Part shown: positions 1 to 12,025 of the stretch, piece by piece
How positions within the stretch are numbered: the stretch's first letter is position 1
How the letters are laid out: every line of letters begins with the position of its first letter
Origin: Eledone cirrhosa
Lineage: Eukaryota
Length of the DNA stretch: 64,000 bases
Assembly: GCA_964016885.1 (NCBI GenBank)
Contig: OZ024740.1
Location: 179,552,001 to 179,616,000, forward strand
Direction of reading: 5' to 3'
Notes under the pieces: model-generated
Database searches by the model: none
Told to the model about the DNA's origin: nothing
Seen by the model: the letters and a program-made list of their open reading frames with translations, nothing else
Program-made: the position numbers and the translations under genes

Positions 1-121
1 CCCCGTAAGGATGAAAGGCAAAGTCAACCTCGGCGGGATTTGAACTCAGTTCGTAAAGCGACGTAACTATGCTGGAAAGCATGGCGTCCGACCCCCTGCC
101 GATACTGCCAATCCACCGTCC
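1..121 (-). mobile_element. tRNA-derived Nin/Deu-domain SINE (octopus-type), partial
   Basis: Reverse complement reads B-box GAGTTCAAATCCC followed by GCCGAGGTTGACTTTGCCTTTCATCCTTACGGGG; the same motif recurs many times in the window. Confidence 0.85.
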
Positions 122-493
122 ATAATTATTAATAATGGTATATCGTGCAATGGCCATATTCGATAACGAGGGGGCAGCCATCAACGGACAACAAAAGACA
201 CGTACCGTTCCTCTCCAACAGATAACTCCCCCCCCCCCGGAAAACCCCCAGTTAATGGATGCGAATCCAAAATATAGGGACAATTAAATCACTCCCAAGG
301 TAATTCTATCTCGTGTTATTATTTTTATTTTTTACGCTCTTTCCTACATTCTTCTACACACTATATATCTCATTCTACATTCCTTTACATCTCTCTCTTC
401 ACCACCGGATTATGTTACGCGAAAATTTAGCCATCTGCATTGTTAAGGCTTCCAAAATGCCTAAAAAATATATATATATATATATATATTTAT

Positions 494-1130
494 AAATGGA
501 TGTTTAGTAAAATCGAAGTTCTGGCTGCGGTCAAGCTAACGATATACAATTAGGAATGTGCAGCAAAGCACTCGATAAGGTTGTGTCACATTAGAGTCAC
601 GTTAGACAGCTTGACAAATTGAAAACTGCGGCCGGTAAGCCTAGCCACAAAATACTAAAGTAACGAAAATACCAATCTGGTTAGATAAGAGATGTGGACA
701 ATCTCGAACGATAATATGCAATAAGTCCGATAGGTTTCTATGAAAACGATATCAACAATCCAGCTTGCGCAATACGTAAGTTTGTGGTATTCGATGATCG
801 AACTGTGGACCTATGTTATCAATAGGTATCCGTTCTATGTCTCACACCGGTGTGACATGTAGCAGTCAACTCCTCCCGATGGCAGAAGTCAATGTTTCAC
901 TATCCCATGTTTTTTCCAACAAGGGAAGTAACCCCCGCTTTTTGCCGGGCAAATTCAAAGTGTGAACAAAGGAATTAATTCCGTTCTACAATCAGAAAAA
1001 GAAGCTCTCGGCTAGACGTTATTAAACAAAGATAAATTATTAACCAATCAAATAGAATTGTCAAATTAAATTAATTAATTATTATGTCTAGGAGATAATA
1101 ATAGAAATGGAAGTTTAGTAAAATCGAAGT
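494..1130 (-). mobile_element. Non-coding terminally redundant element, family A, copy 1 (unit 611 nt + 26 nt repeat)
   Basis: AAATGGA(T/A)GTTTAGTAAAATCGAAGT occurs at 494-519 and 1105-1130; (TA)n on both sides; colinear homology to 9365-10083 and to the reverse complement of 57158-57896. Strand inferred from the fixed end. Confidence 0.75.
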
Positions 1131-1157
1131 GTTGGTATATATATATATATATATATA

Positions 1158-2452
<1,295 letters not shown>

Positions 2453-3220
2453 CGGAACTCTCTTCCAGCATCCCTCACTATAACTAATATACAACACACT
2501 CCCAACGTTCCTCGCTATCAATTACCACCAAACTCCCCCCTTTTCCATATATATCTCTTCCATCTGTCTCTACATAACAAGTACATAATTTGTGTCGTAT
2601 ATACAAATAGATGTGTCTTTTGGTAGTTTGGAGAGAAACAATAATTTTTGTCGAGAATCCGTAAGTTTGTGATATAAACCCATTCTATAGAATTATGTTC
2701 CATTTTTTCTTATTTGCAACTTTGAGATAATGGTTTATATTATTGATGCGAATTTCAAAATGGTTACCAACATTTTCACGCGAGAAAAAAATCCTTTTTC
2801 AGCAATCTCTGCCAGTTTCTCTTTAAACAATAATTGAATCTGTTTTCTACTCATACATTCGTGAGGACTGTTTTTAGATATTTAATTCGAAGTATCCCAT
2901 GACTAGATTTGCACATGATGGAGTATTAAACCGAACTCGGAATTGGAGATGGTTATTTTTTGTTACATAGGTGTTTTAATAAACGGCGTACATGTATGTG
3001 TTTGCGTATCTATATATAGAAAGCTAGAGTAGGAGAGAACGAGAGCAAAATGACAATGACAATGTATTTAAATGTGGGGTTTCAAATCTACATCTTATGT
3101 TAAACGAAAGCATTTGGGGCTATAGTTATGCTATTTATATCCTTGTATGTATGTGTGTGATGTGTATACCTGTCTATGTGTGTGTTTCTCTGTAAATATT
3201 GCAAAATTCAAATAATCTTA

Positions 3221-3857
3221 TCTATATATATAAAGCTGTGGTTGTCTATCTGTCTATCCATTTTTGGCACACATCTCCTCTTAGAATCTCTGACGGAATT
3301 GCACCGAAATTGCTATACTTATACATTGAGCCCTAGCGAAGACATCGGAAAAAAAATATTTCAAATTGACCCACCCTATGTGACGAAATCGAATCTAATG
3401 TATCGATTTTTGAGCGTAAGTGACGAGTTATTTCCCTTTGTTCTGTTTACATTTTCTGCGTGCAAAAATTAAAAAAATTACGCTGGCTTTCTCAGCGTTT
3501 AAAATGACATTAACACAATACACGAACAGTTGTCGAGCCAGCAACATTTTGACCTACAAAATTCATCGGTTCGAACACTAAGCTTCCATTTTGCTTCATT
3601 TCTATTTAAAAGCCCTTTAAAACAATATTTTTACTTGAAAACAAGTCTATTTAAAGACTACGTAAAACAAGCAAATATTTCGTAAAAAAAAGCAAAAGTT
3701 ATATAAGTTTATTTAAAATATATATGTATCTGTAAATTTCGTTAGGCATGCAGACAGACAGTCGTGCAGACAGACTTTAAGCCAAAAAAGAAACTTAACA
3801 TTGTAACTTTAACACAGCTACTGAGCGACCCCGAGCAACGCCGGGCTTTACTGCTAG
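3221..3857 (+). mobile_element. Non-autonomous Helitron
   Basis: Starts A|TCTATATATATAAAG; ends with GC-rich hairpin CCCGAGCAACGCCGGG, a short spacer, then CTAG|T; no TSD. Confidence 0.75.
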
Positions 3858-5896
3858 TATATCTATATATATAGATATATATTGAGCATACATAAATATA
3901 TTGTTATTATTACATAGAATTGATACATTTAAATTATGTATGACAAATAACTTGTATAATTTCCCATGCATATGACTATATACACTTCTCTCCATGATGA
4001 TATATATTACACAATCAGTCAAAATGGGATATTGTCGGTCTTTACTAGAACAGTCGAAGTTAGATATTGTTCTCACTTTACTAAGACTATAGAGATTTAT
4101 CAAATCCTTCCCATAACTCCAGATACTTATTTCTTAGCAAGGATTCATATTCTTGTCATCGGAACATTAATGAAGTATTAGGGTTGCGAATGTACACATA
4201 ATATAATACAATGTATAATTGTGGATAACCTTTTTTTTAGATCGACCTCGAACCAAATCTCCCTGTGACTCACCAGCTGATTCTTTATCCACATAGAGAT
4301 TTATCTGTTTCAGGACGACACGAAATGCGAGATTAATGCCCTATCCACTTTGAACTAATTAGCTATTATCAAATGAGGATTTTAGGAAATGTACATAAAT
4401 ATTCATGTATATTCTGGGAAACATTTACATTGGAAATGCAGTTTTAATATAATTATATATTAGATTAATGGAAACGATATTTTTGCCATGGAGATATTGG
4501 ACTCCATTGGGATTTATTATTTTAAACTTTAATTATAAAGAATGGGATTACTTAAAACTGTATTTGTTTCAAATTCTCTTTTTGCAAAACAAAAAAATAT
4601 ATTTCGAATTTCATTTGCATGCATTGCTTAAAATATCTAACCATGTCGAACCCAATCATATGAGAAGAATTTCCGTACATAATCCTTCAGTGTAGAGCTG
4701 ATGGTGACATTTTAAACAAATTAGCTATAAATTGTGTTTATCGGTTGACAATATGATATATGGCACACACAAATAAAGATATACCATTATTAGTCAGCCT
4801 TTACCAGATAATAGAGCTTACACATTATGGTTTTAATTTAATTAGTTTTTATAGGCATGGATATCAGCAGTTATGAGCAAGTAACAAGTTGAGTGTTCAA
4901 TTAATTAAACATTCTCGGACACTATATTCGAGTGTTTTAATTTAATCAACATTTCTGAATTTAGAGAAAATGAAGTCATATTTATTTTCAATTTCTTATG
5001 TTTAATCCATACATTCCCAATATATTACGTGATATACACCGATTTTATCCAATAATTCATTTATTATGAGACTGAATGATTTCTTTCTGAAGAGGAGAGG
5101 ATAATACTAGCTCATTAATTATAATACTTTCAGTATAATAGTGTGCTGTCAACCAAGTGTTACAGCAGATGATGAGATCGATTCTTTCTTGACCTCATAT
5201 GTCCTTCATTGTATTAATCTGGAATAAGGACATGTGTTAGTAGTCCAAAACAATATCCTTCTGCATTGAATCTAACTATATGATATTCCGTTATATGCAA
5301 GAGGGTTTAGTGGTAAGCTTACACTACATTCCCTTTTCAGTGATGCTTCTTCTTATTATCTCCTTTGTTTTACGCCAGAAACTCTGAAGCTGTATTTATT
5401 ATGAATGTCATAGACAGAAAATTTTAAAACAATGTTAAGGTCGTGATCAACTAACAACAATATGGAAAGTCTATAAATATAACTGTGATAATATTGGATT
5501 GTCAGGAGGATAGGAACAATTATGCAAAGTTAATATGATTCATTTTTAAATGTTTGGTATAGAAAGACTATATGCATTAAATAATTGCGCGTGTAATGCA
5601 TATTTATATCAAAATGCATAGTATAACGTAGAGAATAGAAACAAGAAAAATGTTTATGGGAATGGCATCACATATGTACATTAATTGAGGGTGATGTACA
5701 GATAGCAGGATTAGCACAGACGAGGGTAACGTACACGAGAGAGGTAAATAGAGAGAAGATAGAGGAGACCATGCTGCTAAACAAAGCATGCATATGTATT
5801 TTATTATGTATTTTTAGATGAAATTGGGCAGAGGAAGTATTGGCATATTACCGTATTATTTAAAAGAAATCTCTATATGAGATCATCCATAGTGAT

Positions 5897-6725
5897 CTAG
5901 AGCAAAGGGGGGCATATGCTAACCCCCCTCCTCGGGGGGCGAATCGGAGCTCCAGTGGGGCGTTTTGGAGCAAGGGGGCGGTGGGGCGTTTGAAGCTTTG
6001 TGGTTGCTATAGGGGCGCTGGAAGCCCCTTTAGTTTGGTAAATTTCATAAGTCATATTTGTACGTCTCTTAGACAGCCAGTGTGAATGCATTTGAATGAA
6101 GAAAACGAAGAAAATAAATAAAAGAAGCTTGTCAAAAAATTCCCTAGTGAGTTAAAAAAACCCAAAAGAAATCAAAGAAAATGGACATAAGAACGTCAAC
6201 TTTGACAACAGTTACGAGAACAATTTCAACAGAAATAACATCAACATACACACACATGCATACGTACATACATACATACATACATACATACATACATACA
6301 TACATACATACATACATTCAGATATATGCCTGTGATTATTGGGGCACTGGGATATGTTAGTAACTGCCTCAACACAAATCTTGAGAAGCTAGGCTTCACA
6401 GGAACAGAAAGAACACAACTAGTTAGGAAATTACAAGTACAATCCATTAATGGAACAGTAAACATATATAAAACATTCCAAAAATGTTGCATCTAATAAC
6501 TGCATATACACATGTACAGATACAAGGCATATACATATGCACACATACAACTCAAAATATACACTTCCGCACATACAATAACATCCATATCTACACATGC
6601 ATACATATCTGCCTAGTTGATGCTGTGTAAATTCCAATGAGAGGGTCTTGTGTCTATGTTAGAAACCGACTCTCTCTCTACTGGTAAAAGTTTGTGAAAT
6701 TATAAAACCAGAAGAACATACATAG

Positions 6726-6803
<78 letters not shown>

Positions 6804-6819
6804 ATATACCCCCCCCCCC

Positions 6820-6896
<77 letters not shown>

Positions 6897-7125
6897 GCGT
6901 TAGTGTTTGATGAGGTTGAGAACCTGGTCAGCTTTCAGCCGGAGCTGTGGTATGTAATCTCCCTAGGTAATATAATCTGGATTCAGAATTTTCTCCTTAG
7001 CAGAAAAAAAACATAAATCATGTCAACATCCTTACACACTTAAATATAAATGTATGTATATATATACAAATGTACAAATGTGTAGCTATATACATACGTA
7101 AATGAATGTATGTATGTAGCTTTCT
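5897..7125 (+). repeat. Second, inverted copy of the composite repeat at 1262-2452
   Basis: Reverse-complement homology at both ends, with an internal (CATA)n/(CA)n tract. Confidence 0.65.
6316..6497 (+). pseudogene. R4/Dong-like RLE C-terminal fragment
   Basis: Translates MPVIIGALGYVSNCLNTNLEKLGF..LVRKLQVQSINGTVNIYKTF, matching the PVxIGALG..LQ..GT C-terminus of RLE ORFs; follows (CATA)n. Confidence 0.7.
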
Positions 7126-7268
7126 CTATATATATATATATACATCTACATACATATATATATATTTATGTATATATATATATATATAAATCTACATACA
7201 TACATATATAATTACATATATATGTATGTAGATTTATATATATATATATATATAGATAGATATATATA

Positions 7269-7420
7269 ATAGCTTTCACCGTATTTTTGACTAAAGAAAT
7301 TTTAGCCTGATAATGGGGTTTAGAACGTACGTCAATACCCATCTTTTTCCATTTATCTGAGGGTTCTAAACCCCATTATCAGGGTGAAATTTCTTTAGTA
7401 AAAAATACGGTGAAAGCTAT
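7269..7420. repeat. Inverted repeat (58-bp arms) between (TA)n tracts
   Basis: 7269-7326 pairs with 7363-7420 with few mismatches. Confidence 0.85.
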
Positions 7421-7447
7421 TGTATTTTCTAATTTCAAACCTGGTCA

Positions 7448-7507
<60 letters not shown>

Positions 7508-7543
7508 CTACATACATACATACTTACATATATATAAATCTAC

Positions 7544-7588
<45 letters not shown>

Positions 7589-7599
7589 CATGTATGTAT

Positions 7600-8468
7600 T
7601 AGCAATACATACCCTTTTCAAAGACCTCCCTGTATAGATAAGAAATGTATAATCTGTAAACTAAGCCCCCATATTAACTGTAAAACTAGAAATGTAGTAT
7701 ATAGGATAAGATGCACTGAAGGACAATGTAGAGATAAGAATATTGTGTACATAGGTGAGACAGCTCGTAGTATAGTAGAACGGATAAATGAACACTAGCG
7801 AGAGCTTCAAGATAGTAAAGAATCATCTGTACTCCACCAACATGCTAAAATAGAACATAAGGGTAAATTAGAGAACATAGAAATAAAAATAGAATCTACA
7901 CACAGAAAAGACGCAATGTTTAGACAAATTTACAGAGGCAATAAACATGAATGAACGCCAACAAAAATTAAATAAAAAACATGAATGGAATAGCAACATC
8001 ACAACTTACAATTCAGGACAAAATGAAAACACACACAAACATAGAACAAACAACCAACCAGTAACATGTACATAAACAAATAAATAAACAAATATAAACA
8101 CACACAGACACCCGGATGTAACACATGCGCAAAATAAGCACACAAGACACACAATAACAAGATGGCGTAGGACAGAACAAAGGAGAGGCACAACAACAAA
8201 GAAAATAATCCCCAGTCACTGAAGAGGTCACAGAATGTGTGACGAAAGAACTTTGACAATATATGGACAATTGTCTGGTTCTGGAAACAACCAACCAACC
8301 GGAAATTTATAAATTCTTAAATTTATGAATTTAATTTATAATAAATTGAAGTGAATCCAACTGGTGCGTGTGTTTCTGTTGGCAACATGACCCTCCAAAA
8401 CATAACAATATCGGTTTCAACACACGTTTTCAGATAAAGAATCTTGCTAAACAAATTCAGAAACGAAA
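7600..8468 (+). mobile_element. Penelope-like element family PLE-2, 3' fragment (GIY-YIG endonuclease + 3' UTR/pLTR)
   Basis: CIDKKCIIC..CKTRNVVYRIRC..VYIGETARSIVERINEH (VVY-YIG); in-frame stop at 7796-7798; ends AACGAAA(TA)n. Homologs at 28391, 37240 and 43200. Confidence 0.9.
8215..8257 (+). ncRNA. Minimal type I hammerhead ribozyme in the PLE-2 3' UTR
   Basis: GUCA-CUGAAGA-G-GUCACA(GAAUG)UGUGAC-GAAA-GAAC-UU^UGAC: core motifs, 6-bp stem II, stem I GUCA/UGAC, very short stem III. Confidence 0.8.
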
Positions 8469-8480
8469 TATATATATATA

Positions 8481-9255
8481 TATCCAAAATTAAGATAATC
8501 AAAATTATGGGTGTCATGCCAGAAAGACATGCGCCATATCACCCGCAAATAGATACCTTATAATATGATTAATCATATTATAAGGTATCTATTTTTGAAG
8601 TTCTGGTTAACTTTATTTAGTTACCTACCTAGCTATGTGTGCTTACACACTTGTAAACATTATCTCCTGTGATTATTCATGTTTATTTATATGTTAATCA
8701 ATTTCTAGTTATTATAAAATGCTCGGACCTACTCGTTAGAATCTTAGAGCTTATTTTGCGGGTGATATGGCGCATGTCTTTCTGGCATGACACCCATAAT
8801 TTTGATTATCTTAATTTTGAATATAGATATATAAATACGGCTCCTTAATTTTAGAGCTAACTCTGTTGAAAGGATTTGACTGCTGTTTCTAGTTGTCGAT
8901 AACCCTATTCACGCCACTGTGACGAAGCTGGTATGATGTGTGTATTTCTAGTAGATACAGCACGTGTTGCTGGCCAGTCGCTGATTTGAACTTGAAGTGT
9001 AAACATAGATCGCTGGACTTCTTTCTTGTTGAAAATGCAAGTACCGGCCTCCATGGTTTACCATTCGATTAATTGGTGAAATATATTTCTTTAATGGAAT
9101 ATATACAGGGAAGATTAATCATATCATAAGGTATCTATTTTTGAAGTTCTGGTTAACTTTATTTAGCTACCTACCTAGCTATGTGTTCTTACAAACTTGT
9201 AAAAATTATCTCCTGTGATTATTCATGTTTATTTATATGTTAATGAATTTCTAGT

Positions 9256-9258
<3 letters not shown>
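8481..9258 (+). mobile_element. Non-coding terminally redundant element, family D (unit about 546 nt) with 5' inversions
   Basis: About 8574-8712 is repeated 546 nt later (TAAGGTATCT at 8581 and 9127); 8481-8548 is an inverted copy of about 8755-8822; palindrome at 8548-8593; (TA)n at both ends; homolog at 27331-28296. Confidence 0.8.
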
Positions 9259-9312
<54 letters not shown>

Positions 9313-9364
9313 CTCACACACATATATATGTAAGTGTGTGTGTGTGTATAATATATATATATAC

Positions 9365-10083
9365 ATTTTAGTACAGCATAGACGAAGCTCTAGTATACGG
9401 GCAAGCTAACGTGTATGCTTATCCGGTTTGTAGCTTTAGCACTCAGATGAGGTAAGACCCCAGAGTATAACATTATGTTCAGACAGCTTAGCAAATTAGA
9501 TATAGCAGTCGGCAGTCTGACCGCATCACCAGAGCAACGAAAATACAGGACCCAGGTAAAGATTTTTACTGACCTGGACATAACGCTGAGGCTGGGTGTA
9601 AAATATATAATCCACATGGTGTTTCCACAATATTGATCGGAAAATCGCACGCAACGACAGCGCTAAGTTTCTGCAAATCCATGATCGACAAATTCCTATT
9701 GCAGGAGTCTGCAATATAATGGTTTTTGACGACAGAACATAGGATTTACTTCTTCAGCAAGTCTTTCGTTCTTAGCCAAAGCGGGTATGCTGTGACTTTA
9801 AAGGTCGCCACAGACACATGGTTTTGTCCGATGGGAGGTAAACCCCGCTTAGGCGGTGTATTCTAATTTGAGATAAAGGGATGAATCCCCTTATTCAAAC
9901 CGAATAAAGCACTCGACTAGAAGTTATCAAACAAACTTAAACAATTAATTAATCAATAGAATCATGTAATAAAATTAATCAGTTAATCGTTAATTCTAGG
10001 AGTAAATATAAATTTTAGTACAGCATAGACGAAGCTCTAGTATACGGCCAAGCTAACGTGTATGCTTATTCGGTTTGCAGCTT
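9365..10083 (-). mobile_element. Non-coding terminally redundant element, family A, copy 2 (unit 647 nt + 72 nt repeat)
   Basis: 9365-9436 is repeated at 10012-10083; shared blocks with 494-1130 (CAAGCTAACG, AGACAGCTT, AACGAAAATAC, CCCCGCTT, TCTAGGAG). Confidence 0.8.
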
Positions 10084-10164
10084 GCTCTACGGTTCTTATA
10101 TATTTGATATATATTTATCCTTATTGAGCCCTCTTTGGATTTTAGTCTTCAAATTTATTATTAT

Positions 10165-10246
<82 letters not shown>

Positions 10247-10251
10247 CACAT

Positions 10252-10291
<40 letters not shown>

Positions 10292-10610
10292 TTCCTATAT
10301 ATAGGTTCTACCACGGGCCACAGAAAAGTTGGCGGGCCGCATATTTGAGCCCCCTGTTGGAGATAGATACGTAGATAGATAGATAGATAGATACATTTCT
10401 TTATTTACCATAAAGGCATAAAAAGAAGGGACAAATACAAAGGGGGAGTTTACATATAATCGAGTAAAAAGGGTGTAACGTGAAAATAATCGAAAATAAC
10501 CTCAAAAGGGAGGGGACGTGATGGGGGTTGCACACACCCCCGAAAAAGTGTGCAATCCTTTGCCCGGGGAGCACATGGAGAAGGTGTTCCCCTCTCCTTT
10601 ACTTCTTTAC

Positions 10611-12025
10611 CTACAGGATGGTATACAGAGAAGGCCCATTTACACGAGCCATTCTCGCCACTATCACCCACCTTTCATAAAACTGCCTGTGGCCAAGCAC
10701 CTCTCTCTCCATTCTTATCCTTCTTCCGAAGTGATATCGGAAGAAGTAGACCAGACTATGGCCAGAGAGGAAGTTGCCTGACCTCAGACCTTTCAATCGT
10801 GTCCACCAAACAACCTCTTTCAACATGGCTATTACGCACAGAAAAACCGCCTTTGCTTCCTTTGTGAAGAGGGGAGGCGGTTTGATTGTCATCACGGACT
10901 CGGCGGTCAATTTAACCGGCGCCACCCGCGACAGCAGTTGTTCGGCGTAGCCCCACAGATCAGCCACGCCCGGACATTGCACCAATGCGTGCGCTACGGT
11001 TTCTTCGTGACGCACGCATCTAGGGCAAATCTTTTTTGAGGGATCCCTGCCCGGGCGCCCGTGTCTGTAGAGCCTCTCTCGAACGGGTAGAGCCCCCCGG
11101 TAGCACTGCCAGGCCAGTGACTTCTGGAAGTTGTCCATTGGTCCTGGGCCGAAAGTCCTACCGAACAGGCTGGCCAGTTCGTCTTCTTCCATGTCCAGCG
11201 ACTCTCCAAGGGTGTCATCGCCCCTGCTAGCCACCAGCCCTCTATAGAATGATGAGGTGGATTCTCCACCGATGGCCCGGCCCGCTTGCCAGAGAGCCCT
11301 GAGCGCCTGAGCACACTCAGTGTGCCAGTCTCCCAGTTTTCCGGATCTTTGCTTGACCCAGGACTGTAGCTCGGTGAGTGAGACGAGTCTCGGAAAGGCT
11401 CGTTTCACGAACGGAGCCCACACCGGTTGACCAGTGAGGAATACCTGTAGGTGCCGTAGCCTTAATGCGTGCCTACGCATCATCAACCACGGCATCCCCA
11501 GCCCTCCTTTCGAAGGTTGTTGGCAGCAGATGGATCTTCTCACCATAGGAGGACGCTTCTTCCAAAGAAATTGGAAGAGCATGCGTTCCATGGTGGTGAG
11601 TGTTTCCTTAGGGCAAGGCACGACAGTCAGGCGGTAGTAAGTGACGGACGCTATGTAAATGTTCGCCACCTCCGCCCGGCCTTTTAGGGACAGCTTACAC
11701 TTGGCCCATTTCTGGGTTAGTGCAAACACCTTGTTCGTAACCTCGTTCCAGTTCTTTTCCACCTGGAGGTCCGGTCCAAACCAGACCCCAAGCAACTTTA
11801 CCGGGCCCTCCGTCCAGTGTCCGACGACACCGTCAGGAGGCATCGGTTTGCCTCTCCACGTTCCGAGTTGCAGCCCGATGGATTTTTCCCGGTTCAGTTT
11901 CGCTCCTGACAACCTTTCGTACTCCTCCAGTAAGGTACCGATCGCCTCGATCTCCGAGTCGGTTGATACCATTACTGTTACGTCATCGGCGTAGGCCGAC
12001 ACCGCTTTGCTCAATCCTGGTTCCA
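10611..12025 (-). CDS. LINE ORF2 C-terminal part (YADD, thumb, zinc finger), split from the upstream part by a 1-bp frameshift
   Basis: SAYADDVTV, LLGVWF, GGLGMP, CPRC..ETVAHALVQC; removing one base of G6 at 12026-12031 rejoins the two frames. Confidence 0.92.

Noticed and set aside
4274-4304. Possible 31-nt minus-strand microexon (cag|ATAAATC..CAGCTG|gtgagt)
   Set aside because: Splice-like signals only, with no recognisable peptide or partner exon; needs RNA-seq. Similar weak candidates near 25555-25610 and 52020-52090 were also not called.
9745-9772. GAAAGAC..CTGAAGA on minus in family A copy 2 as a type II hammerhead
   Set aside because: No room for stem I, and the core is not conserved in the other two copies.
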